64,000 bases of DNA from Rhodanobacter denitrificans. Lineage in GTDB: Bacteria; Pseudomonadota; Gammaproteobacteria; Xanthomonadales; Rhodanobacteraceae. Under the pieces are notes generated by a model that had not been told where the DNA came from, made no database searches, and saw only the letters and a program-made list of their open reading frames with translations. The stretch spans positions 73,867 through 137,866 of the forward strand of contig JAFIHF010000013.1 of assembly GCA_017848855.1 (NCBI GenBank), given 5' to 3'. The translations under genes were made by a program, and so were the position numbers. Below are positions 9,463 to 19,176 of the stretch, in pieces (positions within the stretch are counted from its first letter, which is position 1; each line of letters starts with the position of its first letter).

Positions 9463-9642
9463 GAAGGCATCCTCGAAGGTTTTTTGGACTCTCGAAAACC
9501 CGCCCTCCTGGCGGCTTTTCGAGTCGCCAGGCCCGGCGCATGTCCGGGCTTGGCTCCGCCGATCAAGCACGTGGGTGCCTGATCGCGGGTGGCACATCCA
9601 TGTGCCACGGGCACCATGTTGCTTTCACGCGTCGTCATGGCG

Positions 9643-10413
9643 TCACATCAGGAAGGCGGTCAGCACGAAGTCCAGCGCCAGGATGGCGATGGAGGAGGCG
9701 ACCACGGTGCGGGTGGTGGCGTAGGCCACGCCCTCGCTGGTGGGCGGCGCGGTATAGCCCTGGAACACCGCGATCAGCGCCACCACGGCGCCGAACGCCA
9801 GGCTCTTCCAGATCACGCCGTTGACGATGTCCTGCCACACCTCGACGGTGTCGGTCATGTTCGACCAGAACGTGCCGTTGTCGATGCCGAGCCAGGAGAC
9901 GCCCACCAGGTGCCCGCCGAAGATGCCCAGCGCGCAGAACACGCAGCACAGCAGCGGCATCGCGATCAGCCCGGCGAGGAAGCGCGGTGCGGCCACGTAG
10001 GCCAGCGGGTCCACCGCCATCAGTTCCATCGCGGCGATCTGGTCGGTGGCGCGCATCAGGCCGATCTCGGCGGTGACCGCGGTGCCGGCGCGGCCGGCGA
10101 ACAGCAGCGCGGTGACCACCGGGCCCAGCTCGCGGTAGATCGAGAGCGCCACCACCGTGCCGGTGGCCGCGGTGCCGCCGAAGATCGACAGCACGTGATA
10201 GAGCTGCAACCCCAGCACCATGCCCACGAACAGGCCGCAGGTCATGATGATGGTGAGGCTCATCGCACCCACGAACCACAGCTGGCGCACCGTCTCGCGC
10301 GCGTAGCGCCCGCTGCGCGGGATCGCGGCGAGCACCTTCAGCAGGAACAGGCCGCATTCGCCGATCTGCGCCAGCGAGCGGCTCACCACATTGTCGTCGA
10401 CGCGCGCGTTCAT
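9643..10413 (-). CDS. mlaE: Mla ABC transporter permease MlaE
   Basis: It is a polytopic membrane protein with MlaE motifs (YRELGPVVTALLFAGRAGTAVTAEIGLM). ATG at 10413 overlaps the mlaF stop codon (ATGA). Confidence 0.9.
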   Translation of the reverse strand: MNARVDDNVVSRSLAQIGECGLFLLKVLAAIPRSGRYARETVRQLWFVGAMSLTIIMTCGLFVGMVLGLQLYHVLSIFGGTAATGTVVALSIYRELGPVVTALLFAGRAGTAVTAEIGLMRATDQIAAMELMAVDPLAYVAAPRFLAGLIAMPLLCCVFCALGIFGGHLVGVSWLGIDNGTFWSNMTDTVEVWQDIVNGVIWKSLAFGAVVALIAVFQGYTAPPTSEGVAYATTRTVVASSIAILALDFVLTAFLM

Positions 10414-11237
10414 GCCTTCGCCCTCGGGAAACCCAGCGCCTCGGCGTAGTCGCCGGCCGGATACTGGAACGGCACCGGGCCGTCCGCCTCGCCGCCGAAG
10501 AACTGCCGCGTCCACGGCGAGCCGTCGTTCTCGATGCCGTGCGGATCGCCCTCGGCCACGATCTTGCCGTTCGCGATCAGGCAGATGCGGTCGGCCACGC
10601 GCTGGATCGCGGAAAGCTCGTGCGCCACCAGCACGCTGGTGATGCCCAGCGTCTCGTTGAGCGTGCGGATCAGCTTCAGCACCTGGTTCAGCGCGATCGG
10701 GTCGAGCCCCACGAACGGCTCGTCGTACAGGATCAGCATCGGGTCGAACACGATCGCGCGCGCCAGCGCCACGCGCCGCGCCATGCCGCCGGACAGCTCG
10801 CTGGGCATCAGCCGCGCCGCACCGCGCAGGCCCACCGCCTGCAGCTTGGTCAGCACGATGTTGCGGATCAGCACCTCGGGCAGCCGGGTGTGCTGGCGCA
10901 GCGGGAACGCCACGTTCTCGAACACGTCGAAGTCGGTGAGCAGGGCCGAGTTCTGGAACAGGTAGCCGATCTTCTCGCGCAGGCCGTACAGCGCCTCGCG
11001 CGAAAGCTCCGGCACGTTCTTCCCGTCCACCGCGATCTGCCCCGCGTCGCCGTGCATCTGCCCGGTGATGTGCTTGAGCAGGGTGGTCTTGCCGGTGCCG
11101 CTGGGGCCCATGATCGCGGTGATCTTGCCGCGCGGGATGTCCAGATCCAGCGCGTCGAAGACCTTCTTGCCGTTGAGCACCGTGGTGAGGCCGCGGATGC
11201 GGATCAGCGTGTCGTCGGGGGAGGCGGCGGCGTTCAT
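10410..11237 (-). CDS. mlaF: Mla ABC transporter ATP-binding protein MlaF
   Basis: It has Walker A GPSGTGKTT, the ABC signature LSGGMARRVALARA and Walker B ILYDEP. Confidence 0.92.
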   Translation of the reverse strand: MNAAASPDDTLIRIRGLTTVLNGKKVFDALDLDIPRGKITAIMGPSGTGKTTLLKHITGQMHGDAGQIAVDGKNVPELSREALYGLREKIGYLFQNSALLTDFDVFENVAFPLRQHTRLPEVLIRNIVLTKLQAVGLRGAARLMPSELSGGMARRVALARAIVFDPMLILYDEPFVGLDPIALNQVLKLIRTLNETLGITSVLVAHELSAIQRVADRICLIANGKIVAEGDPHGIENDGSPWTRQFFGGEADGPVPFQYPAGDYAEALGFPRAKA

Positions 11238-11294
11238 AGTTCGGCTACGTTAGCGGAGCGGCGATACAGCGCCAAGCCGGGGCGCGCGGCGGCA

Positions 11295-11918
11295 TCAGGC
11301 CAGCAGCTCGGCGATCAGCGCCTCGTGCCGGCGGCACTGCAGCGGGCCGCGCAGGCGCACCGCGCGCACGATCGCCTGCAGCTCGTCCAGCGCATCCTCG
11401 AAGCGGTCGTTGACGAGGATGTAGTCGAACTCGTGCGCATGCGCGATCTCGCCGCGCGAATTGGCGAGGCGGCGCTCGATCACCTCCGGCGCATCCGAGC
11501 CGCGGCCGCGCAGGCGGCGCTCCAGCTCCGCACGCGAGGGCGGCAGGATGAACACGCTGACGCAGTCGGGCTTGCTCCGGCGGATCTGCGCCGCGCCCTG
11601 CCAGTCGATCTCCAGCAGCACGTCGCGGCCCTGCGCCAGCAGGCCGTTCACCTTGTCGCGCGAAGTGCCGTACAGGTTGCCGTGCACCTCGGCGTGTTCG
11701 AGGAAGATGCCCTCGGCCACCTCGCGCTCGAACTCGGCGCGTTCCACGAAGTAATAGTGCCGCCCGTACTGCTCGCCCGGCCGCGGCGGCCGCGTGGTGT
11801 GCGACACCGACAGCGAAATCGCCGGTTCGCGCTCCAGCAGCGCGTTGACCAGGGTGGACTTGCCGGCGCCCGAGGGCGCGGCGACCACGAACAGGGTGCC
11901 TGAGAGCAGAGCGTTCAT
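11295..11918 (-). CDS. gmk: Guanylate kinase
   Basis: This is the last 207 codons of ORF 11295..13868(-). The sequence FVVAAPSGAGKSTLVNALL...SHTTRPPRPGE is a canonical Gmk. ATG at 11918. Confidence 0.93.
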   Translation of the reverse strand: MNALLSGTLFVVAAPSGAGKSTLVNALLEREPAISLSVSHTTRPPRPGEQYGRHYYFVERAEFEREVAEGIFLEHAEVHGNLYGTSRDKVNGLLAQGRDVLLEIDWQGAAQIRRSKPDCVSVFILPPSRAELERRLRGRGSDAPEVIERRLANSRGEIAHAHEFDYILVNDRFEDALDELQAIVRAVRLRGPLQCRRHEALIAELLA

Positions 11919-12772
11919 TCGATGTTCTGCACCTGCTCGCGCATCTGCTCGATCAGCACCTTGAGCTCGACCGCGGCATTGGTGCTGCGCGCGTCCACCG
12001 ACTTCGAACCCAGCGTGTTCGCCTCGCGGTTGAACTCCTGCATCAGGAAGTCGAGGCGGCGGCCCACCGGCTCCTTGAGATTCAGCACGCGGCGCGTCTC
12101 GGCGATGTGGGTGCTGAGGCGGTCCAGCTCCTCGTCCACGTCGCTGCGGGTGATCTGCAGCACCAGCTCCTGCTCCAGCCGGCCGGGATCGGCGGGCTGC
12201 TTGAGGTCGGCCAGCCGCGCCTCCAGCCGGGCGCGCAGCGCGGCGCGGATCTCCGGCATCCACTCGCGCACCTGGGCCACGATGCGCTCGATCGCGTCCA
12301 GCCGCTCGCGCAGGATCTGCGCCAGCTTGGCGCCTTCGCGTTCGCGGGTGGCGGTGAGCGCATCGAGCGCGCGGTCCAGCACGTCGAACAGCGCGGCCTG
12401 CTGTGCCTCGGGATCGGACGCCTGCTGCTGCAGTACGCCGGGGAAGCGCAGCAGTTCGGTGAATTCCACGCGCAGCCCGGAAAAATGCGGCTGCATGTCT
12501 TGATGAACCTCGGCCAGCCGGGACAAAAGCCCGTTGTCGATTTTCAGCGATTCGCTGCGCGAATCGCTGCTGCGCACCGTCACGTCCACCTTGCCGCGCG
12601 AGAGCTTCGCGGCGATGCGTTCGCGCAGCGCGGATTCCAGGCTGCGCAACTCGTCCGGCAGGCGCGGCGAGAGCTCCAGGTAGCGATGATTGACCGTGCG
12701 CAATTCGCAGCTCAGCGCACCAGCGGGGCCGCCGGTTTCGGCGGAGGCGTAGGCGGTCATGCTGCGGATCAT
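11915..12772 (-). CDS. yicC: YicC family stress-induced protein
   Basis: The product [12 protein letters not shown]...[11 protein letters not shown] closely matches the N-terminus of the YicC family. A 4-nt ATGA overlap with gmk is present. Confidence 0.9.
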   Translation of the reverse strand: MIRSMTAYASAETGGPAGALSCELRTVNHRYLELSPRLPDELRSLESALRERIAAKLSRGKVDVTVRSSDSRSESLKIDNGLLSRLAEVHQDMQPHFSGLRVEFTELLRFPGVLQQQASDPEAQQAALFDVLDRALDALTATREREGAKLAQILRERLDAIERIVAQVREWMPEIRAALRARLEARLADLKQPADPGRLEQELVLQITRSDVDEELDRLSTHIAETRRVLNLKEPVGRRLDFLMQEFNREANTLGSKSVDARSTNAAVELKVLIEQMREQVQNIE

Positions 12773-12842
12773 CGGCGGCCTGCGGCGGAAGGGAAAGGCG
12801 GCAATGGTAAACTTTCCCGCCCTGCCCTGCCCAACCGCCTAC

Positions 12843-13574
12843 ATGAACCAACCTGCACGCCCCAGTGGCCGCGCCAGCGATCAGTTGCGCGCCGTCGCCA
12901 TCGAACGCCATTACACCCGCCACGCCGAAGGCTCGGTGCTGGTGAGCTTCGGTGACACCCGCGTGCTGTGCACCGCCAGCATCGAGGACCGCGTGCCGCC
13001 GTGGCTGCGCGGCAAGGGCGAGGGCTGGGTCACCGCCGAATACGGCATGCTGCCGCGCGCCACCCACACCCGCATGCAGCGCGAAGCCGCCAAGGGCGGC
13101 CAGGGTGGCCGCACGATGGAGATCCAGCGGCTGATCGGCCGCAGCCTGCGCGCCTGCGTCAACCGCGCCGCGCTGGGCGAACGCGTGATCACGCTGGACT
13201 GCGACGTGATCCAGGCCGACGGCGGCACCCGCACCGCGGCGATCACCGGCGCCTACGTGGCGCTGGTCGACGCGGTGAACGGACTGATGCAGCGCGAGAA
13301 CCTGAAGCGCAACCCGATCGTGGGCGCGGTCGCCGCGGTGTCGGTGGGCATCTACAAGGGCCAGCCCGTGCTCGACCTCGACTACGCCGAGGACTCGGAC
13401 TGCGACACCGACATGAACGTGGTGATGAACGACGGCGGCGGCTTCATCGAGGTGCAGGGCACCGCCGAAGGCCACGCCTTCCGCCGCGACGAGATGGATG
13501 CGCTGCTGGCGCTGGCCGAGAAGGGCATCGCCGAGCTGGTGGCCGCGCAACGCGCGGCGCTGGCGCAGGCATGA
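12843..13574 (+). CDS. rph: Ribonuclease PH
   Basis: The sequence [13 protein letters not shown]...[19 protein letters not shown]...[17 protein letters not shown] is a canonical RNase PH. ATG at 12843. Confidence 0.95.
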   Translation: MNQPARPSGRASDQLRAVAIERHYTRHAEGSVLVSFGDTRVLCTASIEDRVPPWLRGKGEGWVTAEYGMLPRATHTRMQREAAKGGQGGRTMEIQRLIGRSLRACVNRAALGERVITLDCDVIQADGGTRTAAITGAYVALVDAVNGLMQRENLKRNPIVGAVAAVSVGIYKGQPVLDLDYAEDSDCDTDMNVVMNDGGGFIEVQGTAEGHAFRRDEMDALLALAEKGIAELVAAQRAALAQA

Positions 13575-14092
13575 CCCTGCTCCTGCGCCGCCTGCGTCCG
13601 GACCCGCAGGAGCTGGAGGCGACCTTGGCCGTGCACCGCGCCGCCTTCGGGCGCGACGACGAAGCCCGGCTGGTGCAGCGCCTGCGCGAAGCCGGCGACA
13701 GCGCACTGGAATGGCTCGCCGAAATGGACGGCCAGGTGGTCGGCCACGTGGCGTACTCGCCCGTGCGCATCGAACACGGCGATGACGGCCGCGCGCTGGG
13801 GCTGGCACCGGTGGGCGTGCTGCCGGCATGGCAGCGGCGCGGCATCGGCCGCGCCCTGATCGAAGCATCGCTGGCCGCGTTGCGCCAGGACGGCCAAACG
13901 CCGCTGGTGGTGGTGCTGGGCGATCCGGCCTGGTACGGCCACTTCGGTTTCGCGCCCGCTGCCGCGGCGGGACTGCACGACACCTACGGCGGCGGCGACG
14001 CCTTCATGGCGCTGGCGCTGCGCCCGGGCGGCCTCGACGGCCGCCGCGGCCGCGTGGACTACGCAGCCGCCTTCGACCTGCTCGGAGAGTAA
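13571..14092 (+). CDS. GNAT family N-acetyltransferase
   Basis: It has the acetyl-CoA motif [17 protein letters not shown]. The ATG overlaps the rph stop codon (ATGA). Product of 173 aa. Confidence 0.8.
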   Translation: MTLLLRRLRPDPQELEATLAVHRAAFGRDDEARLVQRLREAGDSALEWLAEMDGQVVGHVAYSPVRIEHGDDGRALGLAPVGVLPAWQRRGIGRALIEASLAALRQDGQTPLVVVLGDPAWYGHFGFAPAAAAGLHDTYGGGDAFMALALRPGGLDGRRGRVDYAAAFDLLGE

Positions 14093-14096
14093 CCAC

Positions 14097-14690
14097 ATGA
14101 ACCGCATCGTCCTCGCCAGCTGCAACCCCGGCAAGCTGAAGGAGTTCGGCGCCCTGCTCGCCGACAGCGGCTACGAGGTACTGCCGCAAGGCCGGCTCGG
14201 CATCGAGGACGTCGAGGAAACGGGGCTCACCTTCGTCGAGAACGCCCTGCTCAAGGCCCGTCATGCCGCGCACACCAGCGGCCTGCCCGCGCTGGCGGAC
14301 GACTCCGGCCTGTGCGTGGAGCATCTCGGCGGCGCACCCGGCCTGTATTCGGCACGCTACGCCGACACGCACGGCGACAGCGCGGCGAACAACGCCAAGC
14401 TGCTGCGCGTGCTGGACGGCGTGCCGGACGAGCGGCGCGACGCCTTCTTCATCTGCGTGCTGGTGCTGCTGCGCCACGCCGAGGACCCGGCGCCGCTGAT
14501 CGCCGAAGGCCGCTGGCACGGCCGCGTGCTGCACGCGCCGCGCGGCGCGCAGGGCTTCGGCTACGACCCGCTGTTCCTGCCGCACGGGCAAACGCTGTCC
14601 GCCGCCGAACTCGACCCGGCGCTGAAGAACACGCTCAGCCACCGCGCGCAGGCGCTGACGAAACTGCACGCCCTGCTCAGCGCGCGCTGA
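14097..14690 (+). CDS. rdgB: dITP/XTP pyrophosphatase RdgB
   Basis: It has the N-terminus MNRIVLASCNPGKLKEF and the motifs TFVENALLKARHAA and SHRAQAL, typical of the Ham1/RdgB family. Confidence 0.93.
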   Translation: MNRIVLASCNPGKLKEFGALLADSGYEVLPQGRLGIEDVEETGLTFVENALLKARHAAHTSGLPALADDSGLCVEHLGGAPGLYSARYADTHGDSAANNAKLLRVLDGVPDERRDAFFICVLVLLRHAEDPAPLIAEGRWHGRVLHAPRGAQGFGYDPLFLPHGQTLSAAELDPALKNTLSHRAQALTKLHALLSAR

Positions 14691-15138
14691 GCTTCTTCGC
14701 CCGGTCCTTCGGCTTGACCCGGTAATGCGCCGGCGCCTCGTGCACGCGCGACGAGCGCAGGCGCCCGCGCAGCCAGACAGCGAACGCTTCCGCGCCCAGG
14801 CGGCCGTCGGCGAGGGCGAGGAAGGTCTGGTACTTGTCCTCGGCCTCGGCGATCAGGTTCGCGCCATTCAGCGCCAGGAAGGTGCGGCACACGACGTAGG
14901 CCGTGCGCTTGTTGCCGTCGACGAAGGGATGGTTGCGCGCAAGGCTGTGCGCCAGTGCGGCCGCAAGGTCGGCCAGATCCGGCGCCGGCTCGGCGTAGGC
15001 CAGCATCTGCTGCGGCCGGGCCAGTGCCGACTCCAGCAGGCCGGCATCGCGCACGCCCTCCGCCCCACCATGTTCGGCCAGTTGCCGGTCATGGATGGCC
15101 AGCACCAGGGCCGGTTCGATCCAGGTGATCGTCTGCAT
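14677..15138 (-). CDS. doc: Doc (death-on-curing) Fic-family toxin
   Basis: HPFVDGNKRTA matches the Doc variant of the Fic motif, HxFx(D/N)(A/G)NKR. Product of 153 aa. Its 3' end overlaps the rdgB 3' end by 14 nt (convergent). Confidence 0.85.
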   Translation of the reverse strand: MQTITWIEPALVLAIHDRQLAEHGGAEGVRDAGLLESALARPQQMLAYAEPAPDLADLAAALAHSLARNHPFVDGNKRTAYVVCRTFLALNGANLIAEAEDKYQTFLALADGRLGAEAFAVWLRGRLRSSRVHEAPAHYRVKPKDRAKKLSAR

Positions 15139-15141
15139 GGC

Positions 15142-15372
15142 TCAGCTCGCGGCGAGTCGGCGCAGCACGTCGCGATCCTCGCGCATGATGCCTTCCGCCA
15201 CCTCCATCTTCGCCGCGAACTCCGGATCGAACGCGGCCAGTTTGATGCCGTCGGGCAGCTCGGTGACGTAGAGCGTGTCGCCCTTCTCCACGCGCAGCTT
15301 GGCCAAGAGCTCGCGCGGCAGCACCACGCCCACGGAATTGCCCACGGTGGTGATCTTGAGCTTGCTGTTCAT
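15142..15372 (-). CDS. AbrB/MazE/SpoVT-type antitoxin partner of Doc
   Basis: The 76-aa product begins MNSKLKITTVGNSVGVVLPRELL, a swapped-hairpin AbrB-type motif. It lies 3 nt upstream of doc on the same strand. Confidence 0.8.
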   Translation of the reverse strand: MNSKLKITTVGNSVGVVLPRELLAKLRVEKGDTLYVTELPDGIKLAAFDPEFAAKMEVAEGIMREDRDVLRRLAAS

Positions 15373-15387
15373 GGCCTGCCTCCATCA

Positions 15388-15413
15388 AGGTTATAACTTA
15401 CGTTATTACAACC
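15388..15413. promoter_or_regulatory. AT-rich imperfect palindrome in the divergent antitoxin/hemW promoter spacer (candidate TA operator)
   Basis: The sequence is AAGGTTATAAC-TTAC-GTTATTACAACC. GTTATAAC is self-complementary and is repeated as GTTATTAC. This is the only low-GC patch in a 64-nt spacer. Confidence 0.4.
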
Positions 15414-15436
15414 AGGCCCCGACTACAATCCGCCCC

Positions 15437-16603
15437 ATGCCCCTCGTCGCCCCGCCCCTCGCGCTCTACGTGCACATGCCCTGGTGCGTGAAGAAGTGCC
15501 CGTACTGCGACTTCAACTCGCACGGCCTGCGTAGCGAACCGCCGCCCTACGCGGAATACACGGATCTGCTGCTGGCCGACCTCGATGCCGACCTCGCCGA
15601 CTTCGGCGCGGCCGCCCACGGCCGCGAGATCGTCAGCGTGTTCTTCGGCGGCGGCACGCCCAGCCTGTTCGTGCCCGAGCTGATCGCCCGCTTCCTCGAC
15701 GGCGCCCGCACGCGGCTGCCGTTCGCCGCGGGTTGCGAGATCACGCTGGAGACGAATCCCGGCACGGTGGAGCACGGCCGTTTCGACGGCTATCTCGCCG
15801 CCGGCGTGAACCGGCTGTCGTTCGGCGTGCAGAGCTTCGACGACGACAAGCTGCGCCGGCTCGGCCGCATCCATTCCGCCGCCGAGGCGGAAGCCGCGGT
15901 GAAGTCGGCGCAGGATGCCGGCTATGCGAATCTCAACCTCGACCTGATGTACGCGCTGCCACAACAGTCGCTGGACGGCGCGCTGGCCGACGTGGAACGC
16001 GCGATCGCGCTGGCGCCCACCCACATCTCGCACTACCAGCTCACGCTGGAGCCGAATACCGCGTTCGCCGCGAACCCGCCGCCGCTGCCCGACGACGATC
16101 ACGCCTGGGCGATGCAGGAAGCCTGCGAGGCACGGCTGGCCGAAGCCGGCTACGGCCAGTACGAGATCTCCGCCTACGCGCAGCCAGGCCGGCGCTGCAC
16201 GCACAACCTCAACTACTGGCGTTTCGGCGACTACCTCGGCATCGGCGCCGGCGCCCACGGCAAGCTCAGCGACGCGGCCGCGGGCAGCGTGCGCCGGCGC
16301 TGGAAGACCCGCCATCCGCGCGCCTACATGGAAGCCGCCGGCGGCCCCGCGCGCATCGGCGGCGACAGCGTGGTCGACGCCGACGAGCTGCCGTTCGAGT
16401 ACATGCTCAACGCGCTGCGCCTGGTCGACGGCGTGCCGCTGGTGGAATTTTCCGAAAATACCGGCCTGCCGCTGCAGCGCATCGCCGCCCCGCTGGCCGA
16501 GGCCCGTCGTCGCGGATGGCTGGCGGAGGCGCCGCAACGCCTGCAAACCACCGCGCTGGGCCAGCGTTTCCTCAACGACGTGATCGCAAGTTTCCTCGAC
16601 TGA
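15437..16603 (+). CDS. hemW: Radical SAM heme chaperone HemW (HemN-like)
   Basis: It has the CxxxCxxC motif (PWCVKKCPYCDFNS) and a HemN-like body. ATG at 15437; the upstream part of ORF 15275 is antisense to the antitoxin. Confidence 0.9.
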   Translation: MPLVAPPLALYVHMPWCVKKCPYCDFNSHGLRSEPPPYAEYTDLLLADLDADLADFGAAAHGREIVSVFFGGGTPSLFVPELIARFLDGARTRLPFAAGCEITLETNPGTVEHGRFDGYLAAGVNRLSFGVQSFDDDKLRRLGRIHSAAEAEAAVKSAQDAGYANLNLDLMYALPQQSLDGALADVERAIALAPTHISHYQLTLEPNTAFAANPPPLPDDDHAWAMQEACEARLAEAGYGQYEISAYAQPGRRCTHNLNYWRFGDYLGIGAGAHGKLSDAAAGSVRRRWKTRHPRAYMEAAGGPARIGGDSVVDADELPFEYMLNALRLVDGVPLVEFSENTGLPLQRIAAPLAEARRRGWLAEAPQRLQTTALGQRFLNDVIASFLD

Positions 16604-16677
16604 GCGCCGCTCGCCCCCGTGGCGGCCTTGCGGCAACCGCCCTACACTCGCGGCGGGGGAATCGATGGGAACGCGTC

Positions 16678-19176
16678 ATGGATGCCGAGCAAGCGCATCG
16701 ACACTCGACTACTGCCACTGCCGGGCACGGCCGCTGGCCGGCGCGCACGCAGCGCCTGCTCGGCGCCATCGTGCCGCTGTGCAGGCAATGGCTGGAACCC
16801 GCGCTGAAGCAGTGCCTGGAGCACTTCGACCAGGAGCTGTACCGGCAGGCCGAACGCTCGCGCAGCCACCTCGAACAGCAACGCTGCTTCGACAGCCGCG
16901 CCGTCATGCAGCAGCAGCATGCCGCCTTCATGCAGGACTGCGCCGACAAGCTGCGCACCGGCTTCGCGCGGCTGGGCGAGCCCGGCGACGAGGCCGCCGC
17001 CGAACCCACCGCCCTGCAGCCGCTGCAGCTGCTCGATCCCCGCGAGCACGAGTTGAACAGCGCACTGGACAAGCTCGCCGCACGCGGCGAAGCGCGCCAC
17101 GCCCCGCTGCTGAACGAACTCGCCTACCGCTTCGCCGTGCTGGTCGGCGCGCCGCCGCTGGAAGGCGCGGCGCTGCCGATCGCCCCGGCCGGGCTCGCCC
17201 AGGCCTTGCGCAGCGCCGGCGCCACACTGGACCTGCCGACGGAACATCAACTGCTGTTGCTGCAGGCATTCGAGCAGATGGTGGTCGCCACCGCGGGCAG
17301 CCTGTACGAAACGGTCAACGCGCAGTTGCGCAACGACGGCCTGTTGCCGCAGCTGCGGCCGTATGCGCCGCCGCGCCCGGCGCCCGCGCCCCGCACCGCC
17401 CCGGCGGGCGAGCAGCCCCCGGACAGCGCCGCGAACGCCGCTGCGGCACCCGAATCCGCCGGCGCGGCGCCGGCACCGGCGCCGATCACCGTGCTGGAGA
17501 CCCTGCGCGACCTGCTCGCGCAGCGTCGCGCCGGCACCGGCGGCAGCGCCGCCGTCGGCCGCGCCGCCTCGCCGGACGAACTGCAGATCGCGCTGACCGC
17601 CGTGCAGCAGCACCTGGCCCAGGTCACCGACCAGGCCAGTCGCGAACTGCGCAGCGCGCAGCGCCTGCGCGACGAGCTGCTGCTGCAGCTCAACGCCGGC
17701 AAGCCGGCCGGCGCCGTGCCGACCCGGCTCAGCGCCGAGCAGGACGACACCGTGGAACTGGTGGCGATGCTGTTCGAGCAGATCGGGCGGCAGCTGCACC
17801 AGGGCCCGCATGCCCGTTCCGTGCTCGGCAACCTGCAGTTGCCGGTGCTGCGCCTCGCCGTCAACGACCGCGGCTTCTTCGAGCAGCACGAACACCCGGC
17901 GCGCCGCCTGCTGGCCGCGGTGGCGGAAGCCGCCAACGACTGGCTCGACGGCCCCGACGGCGACGCCGACCAGCAGCTCACCGACCGACTGCAGCACCTG
18001 GTGGCGCGGGCGCAGCAGGAACCGCCGAGCGCCGGCCTGTACACCAGCCTGCTGGCCGACATCGAACACCATCTGGCCCAGCTGAATCGCCGCGCCCAGG
18101 CCGCCGAACGCCGCCACGTCGAGGCGATGAAGGGGCGCGAAAAGCTGGACCTCGCCCGCCGCCGCGCCAGCGATCTGCTGGCCGAACGCTTCGCCACCCA
18201 TCCGCCGCGCGGGCTGCTGCGCGCCCTGCTCGACCGCGCCTGGGCCGACGTGCTCTCGCTTGCCCTGTTGCAGCACGGCGAGAACAGCCCCGAGTTCGCC
18301 CAGCGCCTGCGCGTCACCGACCAGTTGCTGGGCCGCCGGCCGGTGGACGACGCCGGCCGGCTGCAGCGCGAAGTCCAGGAGGCCCTGCAGCAGATCGGCA
18401 TGGATGCCGAGGAAGCCAGCCAGGTGGCGCAGCGCCTGATCGGCAAGGGCGCCGACGAACCGGCTGCCGCGACGCCGACTCCGACGCCGGCACCGCCGGC
18501 CGCCACGACGCCCGCCGCCGCCGCGCCGGCACCGGCCGCCGCACCGCCTGCGGCCGACAACCGGCCCGCCACGGCGGCCGTGCCGCGCCCCGCCAGGCAA
18601 CCCGCAGCGCCGCCGCAGGCGCCGGCCGCGGCAACCTCCATCGGGACCGCCGCCACGGCCAGGCCCGCTGCGCCCGAGCCCGCCGTCGCAATCCCCGTCG
18701 CCGCAGCGCCCGTCGCCACTGCGCCTGCCGCCGCGGCCCCGGCCCGCGAGCTGCCCAGCGCCAGCGAACTGGCCGTGCGCTTGAAGCAGCGCCAGCGCCT
18801 GGGCGAATCGCAACAGGCCAGCAGCAGCACGCGGGACGCCGACGAACCGCCGCTGGGGCCGCAGGAGGCGCGCATCCACAACCGCCTGCGCCAGCTGCCG
18901 TTCGGCAGCTGGTTCGAGTTCACCGACGCCGCCACCGGCGAAACCACCCGGCGCAAGCTGGCCTGGTTCTCGCCGGTTTCCGGCAACAGCCTGTTCGTCA
19001 CCCGGCGCGGCCAGCGCGGCGAAGAAATGAACCTGCGCGAGCTGGCCCGCGCGATGGCCGCCGGCCAGGTGCGCGAGCTGCCGCCGCAGCGCGACAGCCT
19101 GCTCGACCGCGCCTGGCATGCACTCACCGGCAACCTGCGCAACGCCGCCGCGCCCCTGCCCGGAGCCCGCCCATGA
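16678..19176 (+). CDS. DUF1631 family protein (function unknown), with a ~100-aa Pro/Ala-rich linker
   Basis: This is the in-frame part of ORF 15733..19176 starting at ATG 16678 (MDAEQAHR). The overall pattern and the C-terminal FGSWFEF...RRKLAWFSPVSGNSLFVTRRG are as I recall for DUF1631 proteins. Confidence 0.75.
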   Translation: MDAEQAHRHSTTATAGHGRWPARTQRLLGAIVPLCRQWLEPALKQCLEHFDQELYRQAERSRSHLEQQRCFDSRAVMQQQHAAFMQDCADKLRTGFARLGEPGDEAAAEPTALQPLQLLDPREHELNSALDKLAARGEARHAPLLNELAYRFAVLVGAPPLEGAALPIAPAGLAQALRSAGATLDLPTEHQLLLLQAFEQMVVATAGSLYETVNAQLRNDGLLPQLRPYAPPRPAPAPRTAPAGEQPPDSAANAAAAPESAGAAPAPAPITVLETLRDLLAQRRAGTGGSAAVGRAASPDELQIALTAVQQHLAQVTDQASRELRSAQRLRDELLLQLNAGKPAGAVPTRLSAEQDDTVELVAMLFEQIGRQLHQGPHARSVLGNLQLPVLRLAVNDRGFFEQHEHPARRLLAAVAEAANDWLDGPDGDADQQLTDRLQHLVARAQQEPPSAGLYTSLLADIEHHLAQLNRRAQAAERRHVEAMKGREKLDLARRRASDLLAERFATHPPRGLLRALLDRAWADVLSLALLQHGENSPEFAQRLRVTDQLLGRRPVDDAGRLQREVQEALQQIGMDAEEASQVAQRLIGKGADEPAAATPTPTPAPPAATTPAAAAPAPAAAPPAADNRPATAAVPRPARQPAAPPQAPAAATSIGTAATARPAAPEPAVAIPVAAAPVATAPAAAAPARELPSASELAVRLKQRQRLGESQQASSSTRDADEPPLGPQEARIHNRLRQLPFGSWFEFTDAATGETTRRKLAWFSPVSGNSLFVTRRGQRGEEMNLRELARAMAAGQVRELPPQRDSLLDRAWHALTGNLRNAAAPLPGARP

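Noticed and set aside
11295-13868. An 857-aa minus-strand ORF.
   Set aside because: Only the C-terminal 207 codons (gmk) are supported. Upstream it runs antisense through rph and out of frame through yicC.
15733-16677. The N-terminal 315 codons of the 1147-aa ORF 15733..19176.
   Set aside because: This part overlaps hemW in another frame and is Arg-rich. The DUF1631-like sequence begins at ATG 16678.
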